IMG/VR virus record: IMGVR_UViG_3300034158_000023
Location: 151,387 to 215,386 of that record
Length of the DNA: 64,000 nt
Direction: 5' to 3' (one strand)
Part shown: positions 7,932 through 17,491 of the stretch, one piece after another
Numbering within the stretch: position 1 is the first letter of the stretch
How the letters are laid out: each line of letters starts with the position of its first letter
Position numbers and translations under genes: made by a program
Notes under the pieces: model-generated
The model's input: the letters and a program-made list of their open reading frames with translations, nothing else
Database searches by the model: none
What the model was told of the DNA's origin: nothing

Positions 7932-9053
7932 ATGAGATTAAAAATTACTACTAACCGTAATCACGATACGGGGATTGAGGCGTTAGAACAAGAGCTGTCA
8001 CCTCAAGAGCAACGCGCTGATGAGTATTTGAAGTTAAATGATACCATTGGTGCCTTAAGAGCTGAACCCTCTGTAAACACACCTACGGAAGGCACAGAGA
8101 GCTTCCAGCATAAGACAGCATCTACTGAGTCTTTAGTAATTGCTGGTATCATTGCAGCGTCAGCTTTAGTGATGGCGGCTATCTACAAAATCTACAAACA
8201 CTTTGCAGATAAGCCAGCCTCAGACAACGCTATCCGTGTAGCTCAAGATCTAGAAGATCTGAAAGACTCCACAGATTTAAATGGTGGTGCTACATCCATT
8301 ACCTCAAGTGCTGCTAACAGCGGACATTTGCGTAAAGTGATGGCCTTGTATTTAGCTAGTGTTAAACTCACTACTGATAAGCAAGGTATGTTAATCGGTT
8401 TTAAACCAGTGCACGAGTTCCTTAACTCAGTACAAGTATTGGTAGCTAAACTAGGTGTACTAGCAGCCGAGAAAACTGGTACGGTTTCAGGTACTCTAAG
8501 TAAAGAAGACTTAGATACTACTAAATTTGAAACCACATACAACAACGTGATTCGTTTGTTGAATGAATTACAGTGGAAGATGCCAGAAGACTTTAAGAAG
8601 TCCTTTGCTATCTCAGAACCTAAGCTCTTTGTTTTTGGTGGAGAGTATAACTACATCAAAGGTATTGATCTAGCGTTCAGTGAACTTCAAACCCACTTAG
8701 CTAAGACTAATGATAAAGATGTGGTTACAGCGGCTGAACTGTCTAAGTTGATGTTAAGTCCATCTCTGCGTGAGACTATAGTGCAGTGTGGCAACATCTC
8801 TAAAACGTTAGAGTCAGAAGGTGAAGCTATCTCTAAAGCCGCTGAGAAAGCAGAGACCACCATCAAAGGTTTAGGTCATGACTTAGCTACTACTCAAGAT
8901 GATATCGAGTTAAAGAAATTAGCTCTGTATGTTGAGATCGTTAAAGCTACGGCTAACATCTACAAGAAACAAAATTTAATTACCATTGCCGCCGTTAAGT
9001 ACGTGGAAGAAGTAGCCAAAGTAATGAAAGCTGCATCTAACACCATCGATTAA
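7932..9053 (+). CDS. Virion head/ejection protein with cleaved propeptide
   Basis: GIE-A, GTE-S and STE-S sites (S/A/G-x-E prohead protease consensus), followed by a hydrophobic helix and a helical body. Confidence 0.65.
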   Translation: MRLKITTNRNHDTGIEALEQELSPQEQRADEYLKLNDTIGALRAEPSVNTPTEGTESFQHKTASTESLVIAGIIAASALVMAAIYKIYKHFADKPASDNAIRVAQDLEDLKDSTDLNGGATSITSSAANSGHLRKVMALYLASVKLTTDKQGMLIGFKPVHEFLNSVQVLVAKLGVLAAEKTGTVSGTLSKEDLDTTKFETTYNNVIRLLNELQWKMPEDFKKSFAISEPKLFVFGGEYNYIKGIDLAFSELQTHLAKTNDKDVVTAAELSKLMLSPSLRETIVQCGNISKTLESEGEAISKAAEKAETTIKGLGHDLATTQDDIELKKLALYVEIVKATANIYKKQNLITIAAVKYVEEVAKVMKAASNTID

Positions 9054-9064
9054 GGATTTCTACA

Positions 9065-9430
9065 ATGATCACCCAAGACCAGATTAACATGCTCGTTAGT
9101 TTTCTTCGCAACGGAGAAAAGAAGTCATCTCGTGGTAAGTTGTTAACTATTGCCATCGCGTATTCTATCCCTGTAGCGCAGACTAGCGAAGATAGTCTTA
9201 AGAGTTTCCCAGGCTATTTCACTACTGCCTGTGAAGCGTTGAGCAAAATCAATGAAGAACACATCATCCCGATTAAACAAATCACGGAAGACATCCGTAA
9301 GACGTTTTTCTATCGCATCACGGCGTTTGATCTACCTCAGGTTGAAATCCCCGCAGTGTTATCCGATTTAGATGGTGACGACATTTTTGATTTGTCGACA
9401 TTGAAGCGCAACTTAAAAGACATTTTCTAG
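9065..9430 (+). CDS. Small virion structural protein (phiKZ gp85-like position)
   Basis: 121-aa ORF with SD; synteny within the head cluster. Confidence 0.55.
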   Translation: MITQDQINMLVSFLRNGEKKSSRGKLLTIAIAYSIPVAQTSEDSLKSFPGYFTTACEALSKINEEHIIPIKQITEDIRKTFFYRITAFDLPQVEIPAVLSDLDGDDIFDLSTLKRNLKDIF

Positions 9431-9438
9431 CATAACCT

Positions 9439-9470
9439 TGATCCATGGGTAGCGCCATGGATCATTTGCC
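9439..9470 (+). other. Perfect 10-bp intergenic hairpin
   Basis: TGATCCATGG-GTAGCG-CCATGGATCA, then TTTGCC; preceded by GCATAA. Confidence 0.6.
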
Positions 9471-9484
9471 TTAAGGAATTTATT

Positions 9485-10888
9485 ATGTTCGATTATGCTG
9501 AATACGATAAAGCGCAAAAAGCCTTAACCGTTTTACGCGATATCCAAGAGAACGTTAAAGTAAACGGTGTGTCTAGAGCCGATATCACATATGCTCTAGA
9601 AGCCGCCGAGATTTTCAAACTCCCTAATCGGTACCCAGTTAACTCATTCACTGCTGAAGCTAGTAGCACTAATTTAGACGTGGCTCTAGAAAGTCTATCT
9701 GAAGGTCAACGCCTAGGTTACTCTATTTTAACTGGTGTGATCGTAGGTCTCTTAGCTAAGATCATTTCTTATTTTTTCACTGGTGGTAGTAGCGGTGGTT
9801 CTGGTAGTTCGGCTCCGTACATTGCAAAGCAGAACCACACTCTGGAACAATTCGCAAATCTTAAAAAGATTGCTGTGTTGGAAAGAGAGAGAGCTGACGA
9901 GATAGCATCTATGGGTGTTAGACGTAAAGCTATGCGTAAAGTGCTAGGAGATGTAGAGATCTCTGAGTACATGTTGCAACATCCCTATACACGGATTGCA
10001 TTTGAAACCTTGTGTTCTCATAACGCTAAGTTTAGAAAATGTACTTCGTTTTTAGGTGAGCTCCAGAAACGTGAAAACCTTCGAAGCATTTATGTCTTCA
10101 TTATGCAAGAGCTAAATGATTCTTTGTTAGAGATGATCGAAACTGCTGATGCCATTAAAGAGTGGGTGTACGCTCGTCGTCGTGGTGGCAACAGAGAAAA
10201 AGTAATCGAGCCACGTTTGCAGATCCCTGGCCCAATGTTAGATCGCTTTATTGCACGTGGTACTAAATCAGTCCATGGCTGGTTAGCAGCTAACAATATC
10301 GTTGGCCCTGGCATGATGATTGATGTTACGCCACCAGATGAGTACAAAGGGGTACCTATCCCAACGGAAGATATCCCGTTGTTCTTACTGATCGAAACAT
10401 TTAAGTTTATGAATCAGATGAGCAGTGATCCTACAGGCATCAAGTTTGCGGAACCTACTGACTATCTAGATCGTTTAATCACAGCAAAAGAAAAACTGTT
10501 GCTGCGGGTTACTAGTTCTACGGTGTTAGAAGAATGGGAACCTTTACCTAATGCTACGCCTAAAGACTACGATCCAATGGACAGAGCTACTTTACTTAAC
10601 AAACGTGTAAGTAAAGCGTACGATAAGACTGAGTGGAATACTCTTTTCTCTAAGCCTAAACCTGATGGTAAGGATGGCGATGAAGAGAGCGATTGGTTTG
10701 TAGGGGAAAGTTGGAAGTTAGTGGATATCTATTTTGACGGAGTACAGAGTCTCTATAAAGAATCTGCAATTCTGTTGAAGATGGCTAACGATATTATTTC
10801 TGGTATGCATGACGCTTTGCGCATCGTGGACAAGTATCAGAAAGAACTCAAAACTGAAACTAAAGAAACTGAACCTGCTGCTGAGTAG
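9485..10888 (+). CDS. Virion head/ejection protein with cleaved propeptide
   Basis: YPVNSFT...NLDVALE|SL propeptide signature typical of phiKZ-like head proteins, followed by hydrophobic helix GYSILTGVIVGLLAKIISYFF and a GS linker. Confidence 0.7.
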   Translation: MFDYAEYDKAQKALTVLRDIQENVKVNGVSRADITYALEAAEIFKLPNRYPVNSFTAEASSTNLDVALESLSEGQRLGYSILTGVIVGLLAKIISYFFTGGSSGGSGSSAPYIAKQNHTLEQFANLKKIAVLERERADEIASMGVRRKAMRKVLGDVEISEYMLQHPYTRIAFETLCSHNAKFRKCTSFLGELQKRENLRSIYVFIMQELNDSLLEMIETADAIKEWVYARRRGGNREKVIEPRLQIPGPMLDRFIARGTKSVHGWLAANNIVGPGMMIDVTPPDEYKGVPIPTEDIPLFLLIETFKFMNQMSSDPTGIKFAEPTDYLDRLITAKEKLLLRVTSSTVLEEWEPLPNATPKDYDPMDRATLLNKRVSKAYDKTEWNTLFSKPKPDGKDGDEESDWFVGESWKLVDIYFDGVQSLYKESAILLKMANDIISGMHDALRIVDKYQKELKTETKETEPAAE

Positions 10889-10892
10889 ACAA

Positions 10893-10927
10893 CATAGAAG
10901 AGGAGCTCCTAGGAGCTCCTCTATGCC
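10893..10927. terminator. Palindromic hairpin between convergent genes
   Basis: Perfect 24-bp palindrome AGAGGAGCTCCTAGGAGCTCCTCT (10899-10922) flanked by CATAG/CTATGCC. Confidence 0.7.
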
Positions 10928-10929
10928 GT

Positions 10930-13827
10930 TTATTCCTTGTGGGCTATGAAGTCTACCAAGATAGCTTCTTCTATGCCTAGGGATGCGTTTGACAGCACCT
11001 TAAGGTTACGTCTAACACTACAGCGAGTAGCTTCATCCACAGCAGTGAATGTAGAGATATCTCTATCTGGGCCCATAGGATCCATTTCAATACTCAACAC
11101 GTCACCCTTGATAGCCACTTTAAGCATATCTGTAATACCAGCAATACTTACCGTAGCTTCTTTCAAAGCTTCGTTAATAACTCGCTTAGTAGTTTTAGTT
11201 ATGCTTTCACGCAATAGTAGATTACCGTAGTTAAGTCTAGTCATGTAGTAAGTAACCACAAAACTTAATCTAGCAGGAATCTCCACAACCACGTTACTAC
11301 CTACAATTACTTTGTTCTGTCCTAAAGACTTCTTAGGATAGTAGTAAAGTTCAGTCTTAGCATGGAGTTGTGGTTTAATCGAGTTTAACTTACCAGATAA
11401 GAACTCTAATACAGTATCAGCAATAGTGTTTCTGTAAGCCACATCAGTTACACTGTTACTAAAGTAATAAGCTCCATCTACTAAAAACAAATCTATTTGA
11501 CGATCTGTTTTCCTAGGTTTAACTACGATAGGTAAACCACTTTCATCATAAACCACGTCAGAGGCTTTAGCTTTGTAAACTACCTGCCCGTCGTCGTCTA
11601 ATAAAGGATCACCCTTATGGATTAGCACGTTGTACTTAGCTTCTCCGTTCTCTATCCAGATTTTAGGTAACCCAGTTATTGGATCAGTTTCTAAAATGGT
11701 GTCTGGGTAAGTGTAAGGTACATCCACCCCGTATGTGGCATACTGCACGCTACTATCAACGGTTCTGCCATTACTCCACAAGTTAGTAAGAGCCTCACCA
11801 AACTTCAGCTCCACAGACTCCTGTACAATCCCCACAACTTCATCAGGCAACAAGTGTCTACCTAATCGTAAGTCGATGTCACTCTTACTTAAGCCGTAGA
11901 TAGAGTAATCAGAAACCCCATAGATCAAACTGAACTTCTCAGTTAACCCACAACCGAAGTTACGTACTTGGTCAGAGAACATACTGAAGTTATTCAACAT
12001 TATTAAATCTCTACTATCGATATCTAAAGTAGTTTTAATAGTGAATTCCCAAATAGCGTTACCTTCCTCAGTAACTGCTTTAAGTACCCCATTTAAAAAC
12101 GCTGGGTTGTTTTCTTTATCTGGAATGAAACTTAATTGACAGAACAGTTTCTCCATAGGCAAGTCTTGGTAGTTATCACCAGACAGAACCTCGATCGTCA
12201 ATACCCAGTTGTCGCCTTTTCTAACAAACGAAAGTTTATTAGTGGCTACGTTAAGTTGAGTAGTGTCGTTCTCTAAGATAAACTGTCTGCTAGTTACGTT
12301 AGCATTACCTAAGTAATAAGCACGGCAATCGAAAGAGTTACCAGTTGCATCCAGTACATAGTGGAATGGCGAATACATAAACTCAGTAGAGTTCACAGCA
12401 GTAGCCAAAGCATCATTAGACAACCCTAGATAGAAAGGGTGTTCCAAGTTTGACACCACAGTTACAATACCGTTCTCACTTTTATAGAGAGTATCGGGAG
12501 TTACAGTTAAACGTAATCCGTTGTCTCTAGTGTTAGATGAGGTAGCCAGATCATCCATGTTGGTTTGTAACGTACCAATCATACAAGCTGCCCCTGAAGT
12601 AAACTCAGAGTTAGCAACCGCAGGTAGATGTCGAGTAGCTTGATAAACACGACGCATCAAGTTGTCGATACTAAGAATGATAGTAAACCCATCAATTTCA
12701 AAGTTAGTACGTAGCTGCGCTTCAGTGATTGGGTTAGTAGTGCGGTTAGCATTCTCAATAGAACGTTTACGCGCTTCCTCAAAGGTTAGTCCACTACGAC
12801 CACCGTTAACCTTACCGTCACCAGCAATACCCATCACACTCCAAGATTCCAAAGGAGTATAATAAATAGAATCAGTGATGTCAGTAAACCCTTTACCATA
12901 CTCTAGCGAGAACGCATTAGATACGTACTCACCCATATCTAAATTAACTGGGCCTTTAGAGGTGTAGATAATGATCTTAATCTGAGGAGGCAACTTACCT
13001 TCACTGAAATAGATTCTAGGGATAGTTACCCGTAAAGAATTACCAGAGTAACGTAATAAAGCAGTATTGACCCGCTTGTCGTAAATTAACTCACTGTGAG
13101 TAGTTACGAACGGTGTCTCTACTCCAGATGCACTAATACCAATCACTTCACAGTGGTAGAAGTTATCAGAAAGAGCATACGCTTTATTAAAACCTACAGA
13201 TGGGTTTAGAGTATCGAAAAACTCTTTTCTATCTAACTGCACTAGCTGGATTGGTAAGTTGATCATCTCAACTTCACTTAACACACCTTGTTTCCATTCC
13301 ACGATGTTTGTTTCTAGTGGACGGATTACGCTTTGTACAGTACTGTCGTAAACTACTTGAATGCCACCGTGAGACATTACCCGGATCTCAATTGGGTAGA
13401 GAGTCATAAACGGGATACCAGTTACGGTAATTTTAGTGTACTTAGGAATAATTAATTTACGTACTCCAGTATCACCTACCTTAACTGCTTTAGCGTAGAT
13501 CTCATCCTTACTAAAGTAAACGTTAAAGTTACCGACAGCATAAGTGCAGAACAGGTTAAGGTAATCCACATCAGCCATATGGCGATACAGATCTTCCCAT
13601 GACTCTACAGTAGACTTCTCTACCTTAGTCAATGCAGTCTCCATGCGAATCAAAGCAGCAGCCGCTAATTCACTACCCATCTCTAACGTAAACACAAATG
13701 GGTTAGTAGCATCAACTAAGTCAGTAGCTCCTGCCATAATGGATTCTAAACGCTCAAACTGGTAACGCTGAAATGTTGCTGGGGAATAACCAGTCTTTAG
13801 TAGCGTATCAATAATTCCAGTCATCAT
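10930..13827 (-). CDS. Large virion structural protein, probably baseplate (phiKZ gp87-like)
   Basis: 965 aa, beta-rich; NPFVFTLE, YSPFHYVLD and C-terminal pattern resemble this conserved phiKZ-like family; GGAGG SD; synteny. Confidence 0.65.
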   Translation of the reverse strand: MMTGIIDTLLKTGYSPATFQRYQFERLESIMAGATDLVDATNPFVFTLEMGSELAAAALIRMETALTKVEKSTVESWEDLYRHMADVDYLNLFCTYAVGNFNVYFSKDEIYAKAVKVGDTGVRKLIIPKYTKITVTGIPFMTLYPIEIRVMSHGGIQVVYDSTVQSVIRPLETNIVEWKQGVLSEVEMINLPIQLVQLDRKEFFDTLNPSVGFNKAYALSDNFYHCEVIGISASGVETPFVTTHSELIYDKRVNTALLRYSGNSLRVTIPRIYFSEGKLPPQIKIIIYTSKGPVNLDMGEYVSNAFSLEYGKGFTDITDSIYYTPLESWSVMGIAGDGKVNGGRSGLTFEEARKRSIENANRTTNPITEAQLRTNFEIDGFTIILSIDNLMRRVYQATRHLPAVANSEFTSGAACMIGTLQTNMDDLATSSNTRDNGLRLTVTPDTLYKSENGIVTVVSNLEHPFYLGLSNDALATAVNSTEFMYSPFHYVLDATGNSFDCRAYYLGNANVTSRQFILENDTTQLNVATNKLSFVRKGDNWVLTIEVLSGDNYQDLPMEKLFCQLSFIPDKENNPAFLNGVLKAVTEEGNAIWEFTIKTTLDIDSRDLIMLNNFSMFSDQVRNFGCGLTEKFSLIYGVSDYSIYGLSKSDIDLRLGRHLLPDEVVGIVQESVELKFGEALTNLWSNGRTVDSSVQYATYGVDVPYTYPDTILETDPITGLPKIWIENGEAKYNVLIHKGDPLLDDDGQVVYKAKASDVVYDESGLPIVVKPRKTDRQIDLFLVDGAYYFSNSVTDVAYRNTIADTVLEFLSGKLNSIKPQLHAKTELYYYPKKSLGQNKVIVGSNVVVEIPARLSFVVTYYMTRLNYGNLLLRESITKTTKRVINEALKEATVSIAGITDMLKVAIKGDVLSIEMDPMGPDRDISTFTAVDEATRCSVRRNLKVLSNASLGIEEAILVDFIAHKE

Positions 13828-14914
13828 TACCTCCTAACAATTTTAGATAGTTCTCAATAGAACAATACCAGAAAAGTTCCCCAGTATCTTCATGGATTAA
13901 TGGAGTGCCTAAATAGTTAGCACCTTTTAATAAGTTTCTAGGTATTTTAACCCATGTTTCACTTTGCTCACCTACAGTAGTCAGACTGCCATTGGAGTTC
14001 ATATCTACGATTAGTAAGGCTGGGTTGAATCTAGCCACCAAACGGTTGAACTCTCTGAAGTTGATTGGATCATTGTACTCAGCTACGTTACATTTAAAAG
14101 TAACTGGTAATTGTTCCTGTGATCTTTGCATGGTGTCACCACCAGTAAAGTTAAACAAAGAACCGATTGGGAACGTCGTAGGGAATCCACCCATACCAGT
14201 TACAGCTGAGTGTTGAATGTACTGACGACCTGGATCTAAAATAAAATGGTAGATACGGGTTTTAGAATCAATGGCGATATTAATCTGATTGATTAGATAT
14301 GGTTCCATGTTTTCAAACCGTACCCCGTACATGTAGTACAACCACGTTAAGATAAGTAAAGCTATCGGACTACCTTGAGTGTTTCTAAACGACGCGGTTA
14401 AATCAAACTCACCGTTGTGTTTAGCAATACCAGTCAACATACTCCAAGACTCACGCATCACCCCTTCCTTACTACTGTAAGTTTCTGGGTTGATATCAGG
14501 CCATCCAGATAAGCTCACTAAGTTGTTAGTCAACACAGCCATGAATGGATTGAGTTCATCTATCAATGGAGATGTTATGCCCCTATCGTTAGACATTGGA
14601 TCTAATAATGTGCGAATGGCTCTCTGAATAGTAGGTGGTTCATCTTGCTGCGTAGCTAATGGCATTAGTACCCGTTGCTTCGCAAGGTTATCGTATGACA
14701 AATTTAAATCCGGTCTGGTAAAGAAGATAATACCAGTGTTATCTTGTGTTGATGCCACTGGGTTACCGAGCCCACGATGGTTGATGCCCCGCATCATGTT
14801 CAGATATGCATCATTAAGCTGCCCTATACCACTCTTACGTGATATCAGGTCAAGGAGTTCTTCCATATTTTGAAAATAGGGAGACTCAGCAGATGACGTA
14901 CTTTTTTCGGCCAT
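13808..14914 (-). CDS. Virion structural protein, tail/baseplate (phiKZ gp88-like)
   Basis: GINHRG...DNTGIIFFTRPDLNLS motif of this family; synteny. Confidence 0.65.
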   Translation of the reverse strand: MAEKSTSSAESPYFQNMEELLDLISRKSGIGQLNDAYLNMMRGINHRGLGNPVASTQDNTGIIFFTRPDLNLSYDNLAKQRVLMPLATQQDEPPTIQRAIRTLLDPMSNDRGITSPLIDELNPFMAVLTNNLVSLSGWPDINPETYSSKEGVMRESWSMLTGIAKHNGEFDLTASFRNTQGSPIALLILTWLYYMYGVRFENMEPYLINQINIAIDSKTRIYHFILDPGRQYIQHSAVTGMGGFPTTFPIGSLFNFTGGDTMQRSQEQLPVTFKCNVAEYNDPINFREFNRLVARFNPALLIVDMNSNGSLTTVGEQSETWVKIPRNLLKGANYLGTPLIHEDTGELFWYCSIENYLKLLGGNDDWNY

Positions 14915-14941
14915 TTTTAACTCCTACTAAAGGAAAATAAC

Positions 14942-16048
14942 ATGTTTGAAGATAAAATTGTAGATAGTGTTACAAAGTTTGCGGGCAACATCCCGGATCT
15001 CTTTAAAGGAGTGACAAGTGACTCGTACGTAGACTACACTAAGAACCTACGCATCGAACCAATCGTTCTCGTAGACACCACCATTCAGAACCAAGAAGTA
15101 GCTTCTAATTTATTGTCAGTGCTAACTAACGTGTTCTCTGGTTATGTGCTACAAGCGTTTACTGTTAGCGCCACTATCGGTAATATTCAAGTTGCTCGGC
15201 ATTTAGACAAACTGAATCCTAATCGTAGTATTGGCGATTCATTGGTTGGCACTTTTGCTGATGCGGTTAGTACAGAATCGCATATGTTCCGTCTGCCAAA
15301 CTACAAACAACCAAATAAAGCATATCATCATGGCTTAGAAGCTTCTTATGCCGATGATAAAGCTAACGTCACAAAACATGTGACAAAAGATGCAATCGGT
15401 ATGTTGAATGACATCCCTTCATTAGCTGTTGGTAAGATGTTAGAGGTTACCTTAGTTAAAGATGGTGAGTCTATCAACTTCCCAATTTCGATTCGTTTAG
15501 CTCCTGTTGGTGTAAGTCCTAGTATCTTCCGTACTGTGTTTGGTATCGGCGGTAATAAGAACAAACCAATGGAACGCTGGCACAGATGGCGTAGCGGTGA
15601 GTTAACTTTCATTGGCGATATGATTTGGTGTAATGATTTAATCGACCAACATCGTGAAGCGTTACGTCAAGATCGTTCTGGCTTCTATAAGCAAGTTTTA
15701 GATAGCCGACGTAAAAACCGTATTTCTGCGATCTTCTCTGGTCAACCTAGCGTAGCTTCAGCTTCCAACGTAGCATGTATCACATCTGCTACTGCTTTGG
15801 AAATCGAACAAGAGTTAGGCGGTCCGTTAAAGTCTCCTAAAGTGCGTGAAGGTTTGTTCAAAGTCGGTTCTCTCATGCTGCTAGCTGTGTTAGACCCTGA
15901 GTGGGAAACCGCAACTATTTATCACCGCGGGATACCTTTACCTACAGAAGTGTCTTTCCGTGACTTAAAGCCACTGTCCAAAGGTAGTGGTCCAGACATC
16001 GCTGAGATTTTAAAAGCGTACACTGCGGCTAAAGCCCCAACATTCTAA
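14942..16048 (+). CDS. Inner-body/head protein (phiKZ gp89-like)
   Basis: SYVDYTKNLRIEPIVLVD motif; STE/GLE cleavage-type sites; divergent from the gp88-like gene as in phiKZ. Confidence 0.7.
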   Translation: MFEDKIVDSVTKFAGNIPDLFKGVTSDSYVDYTKNLRIEPIVLVDTTIQNQEVASNLLSVLTNVFSGYVLQAFTVSATIGNIQVARHLDKLNPNRSIGDSLVGTFADAVSTESHMFRLPNYKQPNKAYHHGLEASYADDKANVTKHVTKDAIGMLNDIPSLAVGKMLEVTLVKDGESINFPISIRLAPVGVSPSIFRTVFGIGGNKNKPMERWHRWRSGELTFIGDMIWCNDLIDQHREALRQDRSGFYKQVLDSRRKNRISAIFSGQPSVASASNVACITSATALEIEQELGGPLKSPKVREGLFKVGSLMLLAVLDPEWETATIYHRGIPLPTEVSFRDLKPLSKGSGPDIAEILKAYTAAKAPTF

Positions 16049-16058
16049 GAGGTTACTC

Positions 16059-16958
16059 ATGGGTATTGAAACATTCGTAAAAAGTCTTCTGCCTAGTATT
16101 GATAAAAGTACTATTCTAGAAGACGCAGCGACCACAGTAGAAGAACTTAAGGAGTGTACTCTGCCTCCGTACATTGCTACGATTGATGCTAAGTTGTTCA
16201 CTGGAGATTATCGTTTCCAGTCTGATTGGATGTTCCGTCGCAACCGTGATTTCAAGTCACGCTTCCGTGGTACTAACGGTAGTTTGATTGAAGTGATTGC
16301 TCTGACACTAGGTACCGTTTTAAAGCGCACTGAGTTCATCCAGGACGCTTTAGAGAAAGACTTAGTACATGACCTAGCCCGCGATGGCATTAGTTACCCT
16401 AAGGCCACTCTGGTGCAGTTATTGGAACTTGCTTCATTCTACTCTCGTTATGCACGTCGTTTTCTTTTGATGTGTTATGCTTGTGAGATCCCTGAGTTTA
16501 ACAAAGAGATATCTAAAGAGAGACCTTTCTCTAAGATTGAAGTTAAACAAATGGAAGAACAGTTCGGTGCTTTTATATCTGTAACTGAAATCTTCTCTCG
16601 CAACGAACGTGATTTTAATGCAGCCTTAACTAGCATTCCTGATATGTTAGTGGATTTAGCAGATGCTCAAGTTACTCATGCGGTAGCTGGCACTGGTAAT
16701 CTGAATCCAATGGCGTTAGGCTTTATTAGCCATGTGTGGAACCCCATTTATCACATCCGTATGGCTGTGGCTAACTGGCAGAACACTCGTTGTTTAGCGG
16801 CTAAAGAAGAAGCGACTGCTCTAGAGTATCGCTTAGCTCAAATGCGTTTAGCTTTAGAAGGCGAACAGAATGCCGCTTTAGAAAAGCGCATCGAATACAC
16901 TGAGCGCCGTTTAATGAACTTAAACGTGGAAATCGCTAAACTTGAAAAGGTGAAGTGA
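16059..16958 (+). CDS. Head protein (phiKZ gp90-like) with C-terminal coiled coil
   Basis: WNPIYHIRM...AAKEEATALEYRL pattern; synteny. Confidence 0.65.
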   Translation: MGIETFVKSLLPSIDKSTILEDAATTVEELKECTLPPYIATIDAKLFTGDYRFQSDWMFRRNRDFKSRFRGTNGSLIEVIALTLGTVLKRTEFIQDALEKDLVHDLARDGISYPKATLVQLLELASFYSRYARRFLLMCYACEIPEFNKEISKERPFSKIEVKQMEEQFGAFISVTEIFSRNERDFNAALTSIPDMLVDLADAQVTHAVAGTGNLNPMALGFISHVWNPIYHIRMAVANWQNTRCLAAKEEATALEYRLAQMRLALEGEQNAALEKRIEYTERRLMNLNVEIAKLEKVK

Positions 16959-16959
16959 T

Positions 16960-17469
16960 ATGAAACCGAGCAGTTATCAATCGTATCCAAGTTCTTTCCG
17001 TTCCCCAGTGTATTCCACTGAACGTATGACCATTACAGCTGACGAACAAATTAAACATTTGTATGCGCAGTATAAGTCACACTTAGTGTCAGTGGACACC
17101 TGGGAATTCCATGCTGAGTTGATTGCTAATGTCCGCCGTTTGTTCGGTGACTTCTTAGCATGGCTAGACGCACAAGACCATAATGTGTACATCTCTAAAA
17201 CCGCTTATAATTTGATAGTTGATACTATTCAATTTATAAAGGGTAAGCGGAGACCTATCGCATTACGTTCCGCTATGGGTCTAATCCAAATGGAAAGAGA
17301 CTCTGGTGAGTTTCAAAACTTGAGCGCTGAACGTAGAAACACTAAACTTCGTGAGTTAGTTGACTTCGACGGACGTGACTTCATTTACCTATGGTTGAAG
17401 CAACCAAATGGGTTAGATGACATGTTATGTACAACGCATTTTATTTTTGGCAAAGAAGTGCAGCAATAG
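16960..17469 (+). CDS. Conserved hypothetical/virion protein (phiKZ gp91-like position)
   Basis: 169-aa ORF coupled to the upstream stop; synteny. Confidence 0.6.
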   Translation: MKPSSYQSYPSSFRSPVYSTERMTITADEQIKHLYAQYKSHLVSVDTWEFHAELIANVRRLFGDFLAWLDAQDHNVYISKTAYNLIVDTIQFIKGKRRPIALRSAMGLIQMERDSGEFQNLSAERRNTKLRELVDFDGRDFIYLWLKQPNGLDDMLCTTHFIFGKEVQQ

Positions 17470-17491
17470 CACTTATTTTTAGGAGCTCTAT

